NCBI GenBank assembly: GCA_028280285.1
Contig: JANQMA010000044.1
Location: 1,521-65,520 of the forward strand
Length of the DNA stretch: 64,000 bases
From: Candidatus Omnitrophota bacterium
Lineage (GTDB): Bacteria > Omnitrophota > Gorgyraeia > Zapsychrales > Zapsychraceae
Direction: 5' to 3'
In this document: in pieces, positions 35,652 through 44,785 of the stretch
Numbering within the stretch: the stretch's first letter is position 1
Layout: the number at the start of each line of letters is the position of its first letter
The notes under the pieces: generated by a model
Database searches by the model: none
What the model was told of the DNA's origin: nothing
The model's input: the letters and a program-made list of their open reading frames with translations, nothing else
Translations under genes and position numbers: made by a program

Positions 35652-36430
35652 ATTCCTGTATTTATGAAGGAAAAGTTATGCATTCTCGGGTTAAGCCCAA
35701 ATATTATAAATTCATCCATGATGTCTTTATGTTTTATCTTGATCTAGATGAGATTGATGCCATTACGCAACGTAATTGGTTTATTTCTCGTAATAAACCT
35801 AATGTATTCAGCTTTTATGACAAAGACCATATGGATTTTGGGAATAAAAATATTAAAGAAAATGTTATTGCTTATGCGAGGAAAAAAGGGTTTAATGGGC
35901 CTATTAAACGGGTGATGCTTTTGACTAACCTTAGGGTTTTTGGGTATGTCTTTAATCCTGTTTCTTTTTATTATTGTTTCGATGAAAACGATAATCCCCT
36001 TTGTTCGATCGCCGAAGTAGGCAATACTTTTGGTGAAATCAAAAACTTCTTTTTAGGACCAGAAACTCTTCATAAAAATCAATTTCTCAGCGAGAAGAAA
36101 AAATATTTTTATGTTTCGCCTTTTGTTGACCTTGATGTGCCGATGGACTTTTGCCTTAAAGTTCCAGGGGAGAAGATAAATATCAAAATTGATGATTTAA
36201 AGAAAAATAAAAAATTTCTCTATACGACATTAACGGGCGAAAGAAGAAAGCTGACAACGTTTGGCGCGTTTAAGTTTGGCGCAATATATCCATTTATAAC
36301 ACTTAAAGTCATCGGCCTGATTCATTATCATGCCGCTGTTCTGCATTTTATTAAAAAAATACCACATCATAAAAAGGCAGCTAATCCGCATTTTCAAAGG
36401 GAGGTGCAAAGTGAATATATTACGAAATAA
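35648..36430 (+). CDS. DUF1365 protein (UfaO/Rv0448c-like)
   Basis: IYEG.V.HSR, YLDLDE, GYVFNPVSFYYC, AEVGNTFGE, FYVSPF. Confidence 0.9.
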   Translation: MNSCIYEGKVMHSRVKPKYYKFIHDVFMFYLDLDEIDAITQRNWFISRNKPNVFSFYDKDHMDFGNKNIKENVIAYARKKGFNGPIKRVMLLTNLRVFGYVFNPVSFYYCFDENDNPLCSIAEVGNTFGEIKNFFLGPETLHKNQFLSEKKKYFYVSPFVDLDVPMDFCLKVPGEKINIKIDDLKKNKKFLYTTLTGERRKLTTFGAFKFGAIYPFITLKVIGLIHYHAAVLHFIKKIPHHKKAANPHFQREVQSEYITK

Positions 36431-37709
36431 TATCCATAAATTGTACCGGGTGATCATGGATCAAGTCTTTACCCATATGAAACTCGGGCGATTGACCGTA
36501 TCTATGCCGGATGGAACCAAGCGGCATTATGGCAACGGTGAAGGTCCGGCCAAGGCGCATATTAATATTCGTCGCGGGGACTTTTTCCGTAAATGTGTTC
36601 ATTACGGAGCGGTTGGATTTGGCGAAAGTTATGTCGACGGTGATTGGGATACGCCGGATTTGACCAAAGTGATCGCATGGATGATTTTAAACCATGAAAA
36701 TCTGCCGGCGGAACGCGGACGAAATAAAAAGTTTACCGTCATTGATGCGTTAAGCTTTCTTAATGTCATTCGCTCGAAATTCCGGCTTAATACCCTCAAT
36801 GGAAGCCGTAAGAATATTTCAGATCATTATGATTTAGGGAATGACTTTTTTAAGCTGTTCCTTGATGAAACGATGACCTATTCCTCGGCGATTTTTACTA
36901 AACCTAATCAGAGCTTGAAGGATGCTCAAGTCGAGAAATACGACCGGCTGTGCCGTCAATTAAAGCTTAGTCATCAAGACCATGTCCTTGAGATCGGAAG
37001 CGGGTGGGGTGGATTTTCGTGCTATGCGGCTAAAAAGTATGGATGCCGGATAACCACAACCACTATCTCGCAAGAGCAATATAAACACGTCAAAAATAAG
37101 ATCAAAAAAGAAGGCTTAGAAAATCAAATTAAGATCAAATTATCCGATTATAGAAGGCTCGCCGGCACCTATGACAAAATTGTCTCAATTGAAATGATCG
37201 AGGCGGTTGGGCATGAGTTTCTTCCGACTTATATCAAAAAGTGCCAGGAGCTTCTCAAGCCAAACGGCCTTTTAGGACTTCAAATGATTTTGTTTCCCGA
37301 TCAGCGTTATGATATTGCCCGCAAAAATGTCGACTGGATTCAGAAACATATTTTTCCCGGAAGTCTTTTGCCGTCAATGAATGCTATTCAAAAGGTGATG
37401 AGGCAGTTAGGAACCATGAATCTACTGGATTACAAGGATATCACGTCCCATTATGCCAAAACGCTTAAGATATGGCGTGAGGCATTTAATCAAAATAAAC
37501 AAAAGATTAAGTCGATGAAACAAACGGAGGAGTTCATTCGTAAATGGAATTATTATTGGTCTTATTGTGAAGCGGCTTTCCGTATGCGCCACATCAATGT
37601 CGCGCAAGCGGTCTTTACAAGGTCCAATAACCACATGCTTCACGATGATCTTGAAGTTGAGCTTAATGGAAAAGATAAGCAATTTATTGAGGAGCTAAGT
37701 TATGTATAA
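36411..37709 (+). CDS. cfa: Cyclopropane-fatty-acyl-phospholipid synthase family methyltransferase
   Basis: [60 protein letters not shown] start after GGAGG. Confidence 0.92.
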   Translation: MNILRNNIHKLYRVIMDQVFTHMKLGRLTVSMPDGTKRHYGNGEGPAKAHINIRRGDFFRKCVHYGAVGFGESYVDGDWDTPDLTKVIAWMILNHENLPAERGRNKKFTVIDALSFLNVIRSKFRLNTLNGSRKNISDHYDLGNDFFKLFLDETMTYSSAIFTKPNQSLKDAQVEKYDRLCRQLKLSHQDHVLEIGSGWGGFSCYAAKKYGCRITTTTISQEQYKHVKNKIKKEGLENQIKIKLSDYRRLAGTYDKIVSIEMIEAVGHEFLPTYIKKCQELLKPNGLLGLQMILFPDQRYDIARKNVDWIQKHIFPGSLLPSMNAIQKVMRQLGTMNLLDYKDITSHYAKTLKIWREAFNQNKQKIKSMKQTEEFIRKWNYYWSYCEAAFRMRHINVAQAVFTRSNNHMLHDDLEVELNGKDKQFIEELSYV

Positions 37710-38208
37710 AAAAACCTTAATGATCGGTCTTTTCATTGTTATCACTGTTTTTAGTTTTACACACAAGGTGGATGCCATGACAAAAACACAGAAATTTTTT
37801 GATGATCTTAGTGTTGATACCATGCATTTAGTCGATGAATATTATACCGAGGATATTCAGTTTCTCGATCCGATGGTCGAAATTACCGGTCGGGATAATT
37901 TAAAAGATTATTACGCCGGTGTTTATGCCGCTGCTGATGAGGTCTCGTTTGAGTATTTAAGTGAAATACAATATCAGCAGGAATTAGTTCTTGTCTGGCG
38001 CATGACGTTCAATAATAAAAAGCTTAATAAGGGAAAAGATATTATTGTTGACGGGACTTCCCATATTAAATTGAATGACCAGGGACAAGCCTACTATCAC
38101 CGGGATTATTTTGATATGGGGGCCATGATTTATAAGTATGTCCCGGTTATGAAGCATATGGTCAAATACGTCAATAGACGCCTCGCCCAAAGTCACGCGA
38201 ATCATTAG
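37702..38208 (+). CDS. NTF2/SnoaL-like protein with an N-terminal hydrophobic segment
   Basis: Y..DI.F.DP...I.G, W.M.F, YHRDYFD.GAMIY..VP. Confidence 0.85.
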   Translation: MYKKTLMIGLFIVITVFSFTHKVDAMTKTQKFFDDLSVDTMHLVDEYYTEDIQFLDPMVEITGRDNLKDYYAGVYAAADEVSFEYLSEIQYQQELVLVWRMTFNNKKLNKGKDIIVDGTSHIKLNDQGQAYYHRDYFDMGAMIYKYVPVMKHMVKYVNRRLAQSHANH

Positions 38209-38239
38209 ATTAACGATTTTTTCCACCAGTGGTATGTCG

Positions 38240-38461
38240 GCTCGAGTTAGCCGTTTGCATTGGAATGCTGAGTGACTGAAATCGTCTTCCAAACAGTAAA
38301 CGATTTCCGGAACGAAGCAACCAATGCAGAAGCCTAACGAGAGCTTTGTCATTGGCAGGTAGTATTCTTCGCTCAAACAGTCCTCGCTCTATATCTTTTT
38401 CTGAGCTTTTAAAAGAAAGATATATGCTGCGGAACTCGCTCGGGAACACTACCTGCCAATG
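38240..38461. other. Two consecutive long hairpins in intergenic DNA (structured RNA or repeat-element candidate)
   Basis: tttgcattgg/ccaatgcaga, gaaatcgt/acgatttc; cattggcaggtagtattc/gaacactacctgccaatg, tatatcttt/aaagatata. Confidence 0.6.
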
Positions 38462-38494
38462 TACACGCTCAATCCCAAGCAACCGCTTCCAAAT

Positions 38495-38550
38495 ATGTTG
38501 CACATTTGTAACATCCATGTCGCAAAAATGTAACATTCACTAGGTATATT
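38495..38550 (+). promoter_or_regulatory. Pho-box-like array of four 11-bp direct repeats with a -10 box
   Basis: ATGTTGCACAT TTGTAACATCC ATGTCGCAAAA ATGTAACATTC, then TATATT 10 nt after the 18-mer ATGTCGCAAAAATGTAAC. Confidence 0.6.
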
Positions 38551-38601
38551 AAAATCAGATAGGAAGGTGTTTAAAGTGCGTCTATAGAGGAGGAGCAACC
38601 T

Positions 38602-41037
38602 ATGAAAAGAGTCGATACACATGTCCATACTGAGTATTCCAATGAGCCGTCTGAATGGTTTTTGCGTCAAACAGGTATGAATGAAAGCTATGTTCCGGTT
38701 GAGGAGGCCTATCGTCTGGCCAAATCCAACGGGATGGACTATGTTGTTATTACAGACCATAACACGATTGACGGGGCCTTGGCTCTCAATAAGCTCCATC
38801 CGGAAGATACCTTTATTGGGGTGGAAGTCACCACCGAATTTCCGGAAAATGGCTGTAAAATGCACATCCTTGTCTTTGATATTACCGAAGAACAATTTGC
38901 GCACATCCAGAAAATACGAGGCAATATTTACACTTTTCGTGACTACATAATTGCTGAAAATATTGCCTATTCTGTCGCCCATGCCACTTTTGCGGTTAAT
39001 TGCAGCTTAAGTATGGAAGTGCTTGAAAAATTGATTCTTATGTTTGATGTCTTTGAGGGGATTAATGGGGCGCGTAATCCTTATTTTAATGAAAGCTGGA
39101 TGAAGGCGCTCACACAGCTGACACCGGCCGATATTGCCCGGCTTTACGCCAAATATAAAATTGCGCCTATGAGCCCGGATCCGTGGATCAAAGGGTTTAC
39201 CGGGGGGACGGATGATCATGCCGCGCTTTATATAGGAGAGACCTGGACAGGATGTGAGGCTAATTCAAAGGAAGAGTTTATCCAAAAACTGAAAGATAAA
39301 AAGACATTTGCCTCGGGCCGGCACAATGACTTTAAAGGCATGGCCTATACATTTTCAAAAATCCTTCACCAGGCTTCAGAAAATGGGCTCGCAAAAAAGA
39401 AAGATGAGAACATTTTCAAAATTGTAAGCAACTTAATTTTTAACGGCAGTCGTCCGAGTATGAAACAATCTTACGGTATTCACCGGATGAAATTCAGCCG
39501 TAAAAAGAAAAACAGAATACTGGCCAAATTCATCGATCAGCTCGATACGGATTTGCAAGACATAAAAGATCTGCATGTCGAGGATAAGATCGATTGCATT
39601 TATGATAATTTATCAAACTTGTGCGACGATTTGTTAAAACATTTTGTGACCAAGTCTCAAAAAGACATTGCGGCCGGTGATCTATTCAAATTTGTAAACA
39701 GTATTTCTTCACTGCTGCCTATTGCCTATTTGACGGCGCCGTTTGCCACAACAAGCAAACTGCTTAATCAAGACAGGGAGCTTCTCGAGGAATTCCGCAG
39801 TCAATATATAGAAGACGAGCCGAATGAAGGCAAACGCGTTTATTGGTTTACCGATACATTGATTGATCTCAATGGTGTTTCGGTAACAATCAATAATATG
39901 TATCAATGTGCCAAAAAATATAATGTCGGGCTTAAAATCGTAACCTCTAATCCAAACATAACCGTTGAGGATGACTTAAAAGATGAGATTATTAATTTAC
40001 CGACAATCACATCCATCAAGCCGGGGTTTTACGAAACATACACACTGCATATCCCATCAATCCTAAAATCGATTGAGAAAATTTGTGAATTAAATCCGGA
40101 TGAAATCATTATATCTACGCCGGGAACGGTTGGTCTCATCGGGCTTTTAGCGGCCAAGATATTAGGGATTAAATGCACAGGCATTTATCATTCCGATTTC
40201 GGCGCGCAGGCAAACTATTTGCTCGGAAGTGGATTTACAGCGACGACTGTCGAGAAATATACACATTGGTTTTATAAACAATTAGACAAAATCCGTGTGC
40301 CGACGCATGAGTATATTGACATACTTTCCGCCCAGGGATTTGAGGGAAAAGAAATGAAAAAGTTCAAACGCGGTATTAATACCGATCTATTCGCGTACAA
40401 CACATCTTTTGAAAATGAGGTTCGCAAAAAATACGGCATCAAAGACGGTTTTACCATGATTTATGCCGGACGTGTGAGTAAAGACAAGAGTGTTGATTTT
40501 CTTTCTAAAATCTACAAAGGTGTTTGCCGCAATTATAAAAAAGCAAACCTTATTGTCGCCGGAAACGGCCCGGAGTTAGAGTGGCTTAAAGAAGATCTGA
40601 AAGATTATCCACGCGTGGTTTTTACCGGGAGTATTGAGCGAACGGAATTGACCAAGCTTTATTCTTTTGCCGATCTTTTGGTTTTTCCAAGTACGACAGA
40701 TACATTTGGTATGGTTGTCTTAGAAGCGCAAAGTTGCGGACTGCCGGCGCTTGTTTCGGATCAAGGCGGACCGCAGGAAATTATAAAGAAGCGTGCGACA
40801 GGCCAAGTTATTCCTGCCAATAATTTGTATGAATGGATTGGGCAGATTCTTGAGTTTATTTATCTGTGCGATAATCATCCGGATAAATACATGTTAATCA
40901 GAAAAGAGACACGTAATTGGATTAAAGATAATTATTCCTGGGAAAAGGCATTAGAAGATTTACTTAATGTTTCTATTTTACCGGAAGGGCCGTCGCGTCC
41001 GTCACGTATTTCACTCATCGATGATCCAGTTATTTAA
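38602..41037 (+). CDS. PHP-domain / GT4 glycosyltransferase fusion
   Basis: PHP motifs DTHVHTEYS, ITDHNTI, GVEVT, VAH, GGTDDHA; GT4 motifs FTDT..D.NGVS, RGINTDLF, YAGRVSKDK, FPSTTDTFGMVVLEAQSCGLP. Confidence 0.92.
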   Translation: MKRVDTHVHTEYSNEPSEWFLRQTGMNESYVPVEEAYRLAKSNGMDYVVITDHNTIDGALALNKLHPEDTFIGVEVTTEFPENGCKMHILVFDITEEQFAHIQKIRGNIYTFRDYIIAENIAYSVAHATFAVNCSLSMEVLEKLILMFDVFEGINGARNPYFNESWMKALTQLTPADIARLYAKYKIAPMSPDPWIKGFTGGTDDHAALYIGETWTGCEANSKEEFIQKLKDKKTFASGRHNDFKGMAYTFSKILHQASENGLAKKKDENIFKIVSNLIFNGSRPSMKQSYGIHRMKFSRKKKNRILAKFIDQLDTDLQDIKDLHVEDKIDCIYDNLSNLCDDLLKHFVTKSQKDIAAGDLFKFVNSISSLLPIAYLTAPFATTSKLLNQDRELLEEFRSQYIEDEPNEGKRVYWFTDTLIDLNGVSVTINNMYQCAKKYNVGLKIVTSNPNITVEDDLKDEIINLPTITSIKPGFYETYTLHIPSILKSIEKICELNPDEIIISTPGTVGLIGLLAAKILGIKCTGIYHSDFGAQANYLLGSGFTATTVEKYTHWFYKQLDKIRVPTHEYIDILSAQGFEGKEMKKFKRGINTDLFAYNTSFENEVRKKYGIKDGFTMIYAGRVSKDKSVDFLSKIYKGVCRNYKKANLIVAGNGPELEWLKEDLKDYPRVVFTGSIERTELTKLYSFADLLVFPSTTDTFGMVVLEAQSCGLPALVSDQGGPQEIIKKRATGQVIPANNLYEWIGQILEFIYLCDNHPDKYMLIRKETRNWIKDNYSWEKALEDLLNVSILPEGPSRPSRISLIDDPVI

Positions 41038-41043
41038 TTACAT

Positions 41044-41112
41044 GTTGTTTGTTGTTCGTTGATGGTTGTTGGCGGATTTGATTCTAACAACAAACAACTA
41101 ACAACCAACAAC
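41044..41112. repeat. Heptamer tandem/inverted element (GTTGTTN), exact 4+4
   Basis: gttgttt gttgttc gttgatg gttgttg -13nt- taacaac aaacaac taacaac caacaac. Confidence 0.85.
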
Positions 41113-41122
41113 TAAAATAAAC

Positions 41123-42403
41123 ATGTCACTTCAAGCAGAACTTTCCAAAGTTTTCCTGTTTAGCCAGAATAAAATTCCCGGCCAGTTGATTATTCAAATC
41201 ACCGACCATTGCAATGCCACCTGTCCGCAGTGCGGTATGCGCAAGACCGCTGAGTTTCGCCGTTCTAAACTTGATATAGATCAAATCAAACGTTATATCG
41301 ACAAGGCCGTTGAGAATGGTGTGGAGGCAATGTCGTTTACCGGCGGTGAGCCGATGTTGTTTTTAAATGACTTGGTTGAGATGATCAACTATGCTGGGGC
41401 CGCCGGGATTAAATATATTCGCACCGGCACGAATGGATATCTGTTACGCAAAGGTAAAAGCAAGGATGAATTTGATACACGCATTAAACGGGTCGTTGAA
41501 AAGATTGTGTCAACGCCTGTGCGTAATTTTTGGATTAGCATTGATTCGGCGTGTTTTGATACCCATGAACGGATGCGCGGGTTTGACGGACTAATTGAGG
41601 GTATCGCAATGGCAGTGCCGCTTTTTCATGAAGCCGGATTATACCCTTCAGCTAATTTAGGGATTAACCGTAATCTTGGCGGCGCCGTTACAGAATCTTT
41701 ATGGAGCGAAGATCCGGATGATGAAGAGCATCTTGATAAATTTTATATCGAATTTAAAGATGCGTTTGATCAGTTTTATCGCACGGTGATCGATATGGGA
41801 TTTTCTATTGTGAATATGTGTTATCCGATGAGTGTGCCGGAAGGCGGGACAGATCTTCAATCTGTGTATACTGCAACGTCGATTGATAAGATTGTCAATT
41901 TCTCAAGAGGGGAGCGGCTTAAGCTTTTTACGGCGCTTATTGATACTGTGCCCAAGTACCGTTCGCAAATTCGTATTTTTACCCCTATGAGTTCACTGTA
42001 TACGCTTAAAAAACAATATGAAGATGATGCTTACGAGGCAGGCTATCCTTGCCGCGGCGGCATTGACTTTTTCTTTGTGGACTCCCAGGATGGGCAGACC
42101 TATCCATGCGGCTTTCGCGGCAATGAGAGCTTTGGCGAGTACGACAAGCTTGATATGGAGACTATTGACCGCAATGCCTTTTGCACGAAATGCGATTGGG
42201 AGTGCTTCAGAGATCCATCGGTGCTTTTCGGCCCTTTTATTGAAGGAGTCCGCCAGCCCCTGCAGCTTTTGCGGAAATTCAGCAATAGGCGTGAGTTTCT
42301 TGATCTGTGGCGCAAGGATCTTGCCTACTATGAGTCCTGCGACCTTTTTGATGGCCGTAAGCCAATCAGTTACAATGCGTTAAGAAAATTTAACCTTTCT
42401 TAA
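41123..42403 (+). CDS. Radical SAM protein with C-terminal SPASM/twitch-like cysteines
   Basis: CNATCPQC, SFTGGEP, CRGG, YPCGFRG, CTKCDWEC. Confidence 0.92.
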   Translation: MSLQAELSKVFLFSQNKIPGQLIIQITDHCNATCPQCGMRKTAEFRRSKLDIDQIKRYIDKAVENGVEAMSFTGGEPMLFLNDLVEMINYAGAAGIKYIRTGTNGYLLRKGKSKDEFDTRIKRVVEKIVSTPVRNFWISIDSACFDTHERMRGFDGLIEGIAMAVPLFHEAGLYPSANLGINRNLGGAVTESLWSEDPDDEEHLDKFYIEFKDAFDQFYRTVIDMGFSIVNMCYPMSVPEGGTDLQSVYTATSIDKIVNFSRGERLKLFTALIDTVPKYRSQIRIFTPMSSLYTLKKQYEDDAYEAGYPCRGGIDFFFVDSQDGQTYPCGFRGNESFGEYDKLDMETIDRNAFCTKCDWECFRDPSVLFGPFIEGVRQPLQLLRKFSNRREFLDLWRKDLAYYESCDLFDGRKPISYNALRKFNLS

Positions 42404-42489
42404 ACCCACTCTATTTTATTATCTTGAAAGATTTTTCTCCTTGGGCTAATATATATCTTCATATTAAAAAGCTAAAGAAAGGCCTTTGA

Positions 42490-42657
42490 ATGGATATTTT
42501 GAAAATTATCTTGTGCATCTTTCTTCCACCAGTTGCCGCATATCTGCAAGTTGGTGTATCCACACACTTGTGGATCAATATTGCTTTGACTATTTGCGGT
42601 GGTTTTCCCGGAATGATTCATGCATTGTGGCTTGTATTAGGTAAGAAAACAGCTTAA
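42490..42657 (+). CDS. YqaE/Pmp3 family small membrane protein (55 aa, absent from the ORF track)
   Basis: MDILKIILCIFLPPVAAYLQVGVSTHLWINIALTICGGFPGMIHALWLVLGKKTA; TAATG overlap with the next gene. Confidence 0.9.
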   Translation: MDILKIILCIFLPPVAAYLQVGVSTHLWINIALTICGGFPGMIHALWLVLGKKTA

Positions 42658-43247
42658 TGACAAATTTAGGTTTGCTTAGTCTTGCGCTCGGCAGTTCATG
42701 GACCTCGGGGATTAACCTGTATTTGACAGTTGCCATTTTGGGGATTTCCGATCGTTTGGGGTATATTGAGCTTCCGGGCGGGCTTGAAGTATTTTCTCAC
42801 CCGCTGGTTATTGCTGTTGCTGTTATCCTTTATTTGATCGAATTTTTTGCCGATAAGGCGCCCTATGTCGATTCAGCCTGGGATTCAGTACACACATTTA
42901 TTCGTCCTCTGGGAGGGCTCGCGATCGGTGTTTTGGCCTTTAGTGAGGCCGCACCGCATATTCAAGTCGCCGTGGGGCTACTCACGGGGACGCTGGCCCT
43001 TGAATCGCATATGGCCAAGGCAACGACACGCGCCGCGATTAATACATCGCCTGAACCGGTCACGAACGTCAGTGCCAGTGTGGTGGAAGATGCCTCTGTT
43101 GCCGGAGTGTTGTATTTAATCATTCAACATCCGCTAATCGCTTTTTTTGTGATTATCGCGCTGATTGTTATGAGTGCTTTTATCATCCGGTTTTTCTTCC
43201 GGTTTGTGAAAAATATTTTTAGTCGTCGTAAAACAAATAAAGGATAA
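42657..43247 (+). CDS. DUF4126 membrane protein
   Basis: SWTSGINLY, IEFFADK.PYVDS.WD.VHTFIR, INTSPEP..N..ASV.ED. Confidence 0.9.
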   Translation: MTNLGLLSLALGSSWTSGINLYLTVAILGISDRLGYIELPGGLEVFSHPLVIAVAVILYLIEFFADKAPYVDSAWDSVHTFIRPLGGLAIGVLAFSEAAPHIQVAVGLLTGTLALESHMAKATTRAAINTSPEPVTNVSASVVEDASVAGVLYLIIQHPLIAFFVIIALIVMSAFIIRFFFRFVKNIFSRRKTNKG

Positions 43248-43249
43248 AC

Positions 43250-44785
43250 ATGCGTGCAGCTGTTATAGATATTGGATCCAATTCAACAAAATTAATTGTT
43301 GGGCAGACTAAAGGTAATTCTGTTGAGATCCTTGATTCACTTAAAAATGTCATTCCGATAGGGCGCAGCACATTTTATCAAGGTAGAATTTCTCAGGAAG
43401 TTTTTAATAATGTCATCCATGTTCTTTTGAAATATAAACGGATTATTAAAGAATATGGGATAGAGGCCCCCAAAGTCATTGCCACAACGGCCGTTCGTGA
43501 GGCGGTCAACCGCGATATTTTTCTCGATACAATTCTGCGTAAAACAGGTTTAAGTGTCGAGGTCCTCAATGTCGGGGATGTTGTTTATTACATTGATACA
43601 TTTTTGTCTTACAAGTTAGAAAAGACGTACCCGATCAATGAAAAAAATCTTTTGATCGCGGAGTTGGGTGCGGGGAGTCTGGATATCTCCATTATGGAGA
43701 AGGGCTTTACACTAATGAATATTGGTTTACCGATTGGAACATCACGCATAAAACAGTTTAAGACTAAAGTGGAGGGAAGCCAAAAGCAGCGTTACACAGC
43801 GCTTGAAGAATACGTGGATAATGAAATTACTCATCTTAAACGAAATTTCTCTCGTATTAAAATTGATGACGTTGTTTTGATAGATGACACATATTCACAG
43901 TATCTGCACCGCATTTTGCCTAATAAGAATAGAAAGAATGTCTTTTTTTCGTTTCAACATAATGAAGCGCAGAGACTCTATAAAAAAATTACGGAAATGA
44001 CAACCGAGGAGCTTGTTGAAAAGCATCAAATACCGGCCGAATCGATCGATGCGATTGACGGCTATGCGATTCTTTTGAAAAAACTTTTTAATCTCGTTAA
44101 GAAAAGATCGTTTTACATTTTAGAAACGTCGCTATCCGAGGCACTTATATCGGATACGTTGCTCGGTCTTAATCTCGACAATAAATTCAGCAAAGAAGCG
44201 CAGCTGGAATCCGTCGCCCAGTTTCTTTGTAAAAAATTTGACGCTGATCTTAGGCATGCCAAACATGTTGTTTATTTATGCGAAAAACTTTTTGAGCAGT
44301 GTCAAAAGTTTTTAGGATTAGAGCAGGGGGATCTTCTTTATCTAAAATTAGCGGCGTATTTACATAATATCGGACGTTTGGTCAATAACCGGGGACATCA
44401 CAAGCATGCCGAATATATTATTTCATCTCTTAATTTGTTCCGGTTAACACAACAGGAGATTAATGTGATCGCTTGTGTGGCGCGTTATCACCGCAAGGCT
44501 ATTCCACAAAAGTCGCATATTTTATTTAATACGCTGTCAACCGAACAGAAGCTCCTGGTGCACAAGCTCTCCGGTCTTCTGCGCCTGGCTAATGCATTGG
44601 ATGCTTCACACCGGCAGAAGGTTGAAAATTTGGATGTTGCTTTCAGTAAGCAAAGAGATATCACCATTACGGTGTATACGAAAAAGGATTTAAGTCTCGA
44701 GAAAGTCTATGTGGATGATGCGCGTAGACTCATTGAAGATATTTCGGGATTGAAAATGAATTTGATTACAAAAAGAGAGGTTTAG
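43250..44785 (+). CDS. ppx: Ppx/GppA family exopolyphosphatase with a C-terminal HD-like domain
   Basis: AAVIDIGSNS, IATTAVREA.N, ELGAGS, LHNIG..HHKH..Y.I, VARYHRK, LRLANALD.SH.QK. Confidence 0.88.
   Translation: MRAAVIDIGSNSTKLIVGQTKGNSVEILDSLKNVIPIGRSTFYQGRISQEVFNNVIHVLLKYKRIIKEYGIEAPKVIATTAVREAVNRDIFLDTILRKTGLSVEVLNVGDVVYYIDTFLSYKLEKTYPINEKNLLIAELGAGSLDISIMEKGFTLMNIGLPIGTSRIKQFKTKVEGSQKQRYTALEEYVDNEITHLKRNFSRIKIDDVVLIDDTYSQYLHRILPNKNRKNVFFSFQHNEAQRLYKKITEMTTEELVEKHQIPAESIDAIDGYAILLKKLFNLVKKRSFYILETSLSEALISDTLLGLNLDNKFSKEAQLESVAQFLCKKFDADLRHAKHVVYLCEKLFEQCQKFLGLEQGDLLYLKLAAYLHNIGRLVNNRGHHKHAEYIISSLNLFRLTQQEINVIACVARYHRKAIPQKSHILFNTLSTEQKLLVHKLSGLLRLANALDASHRQKVENLDVAFSKQRDITITVYTKKDLSLEKVYVDDARRLIEDISGLKMNLITKREV

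Noticed and set aside
38210-38982. ORFs 38210-38536(-), 38346-38543(+) and 38449-38982(-)
   Set aside because: No recognisable protein features; they cross hairpins, the promoter array or the PHP gene.
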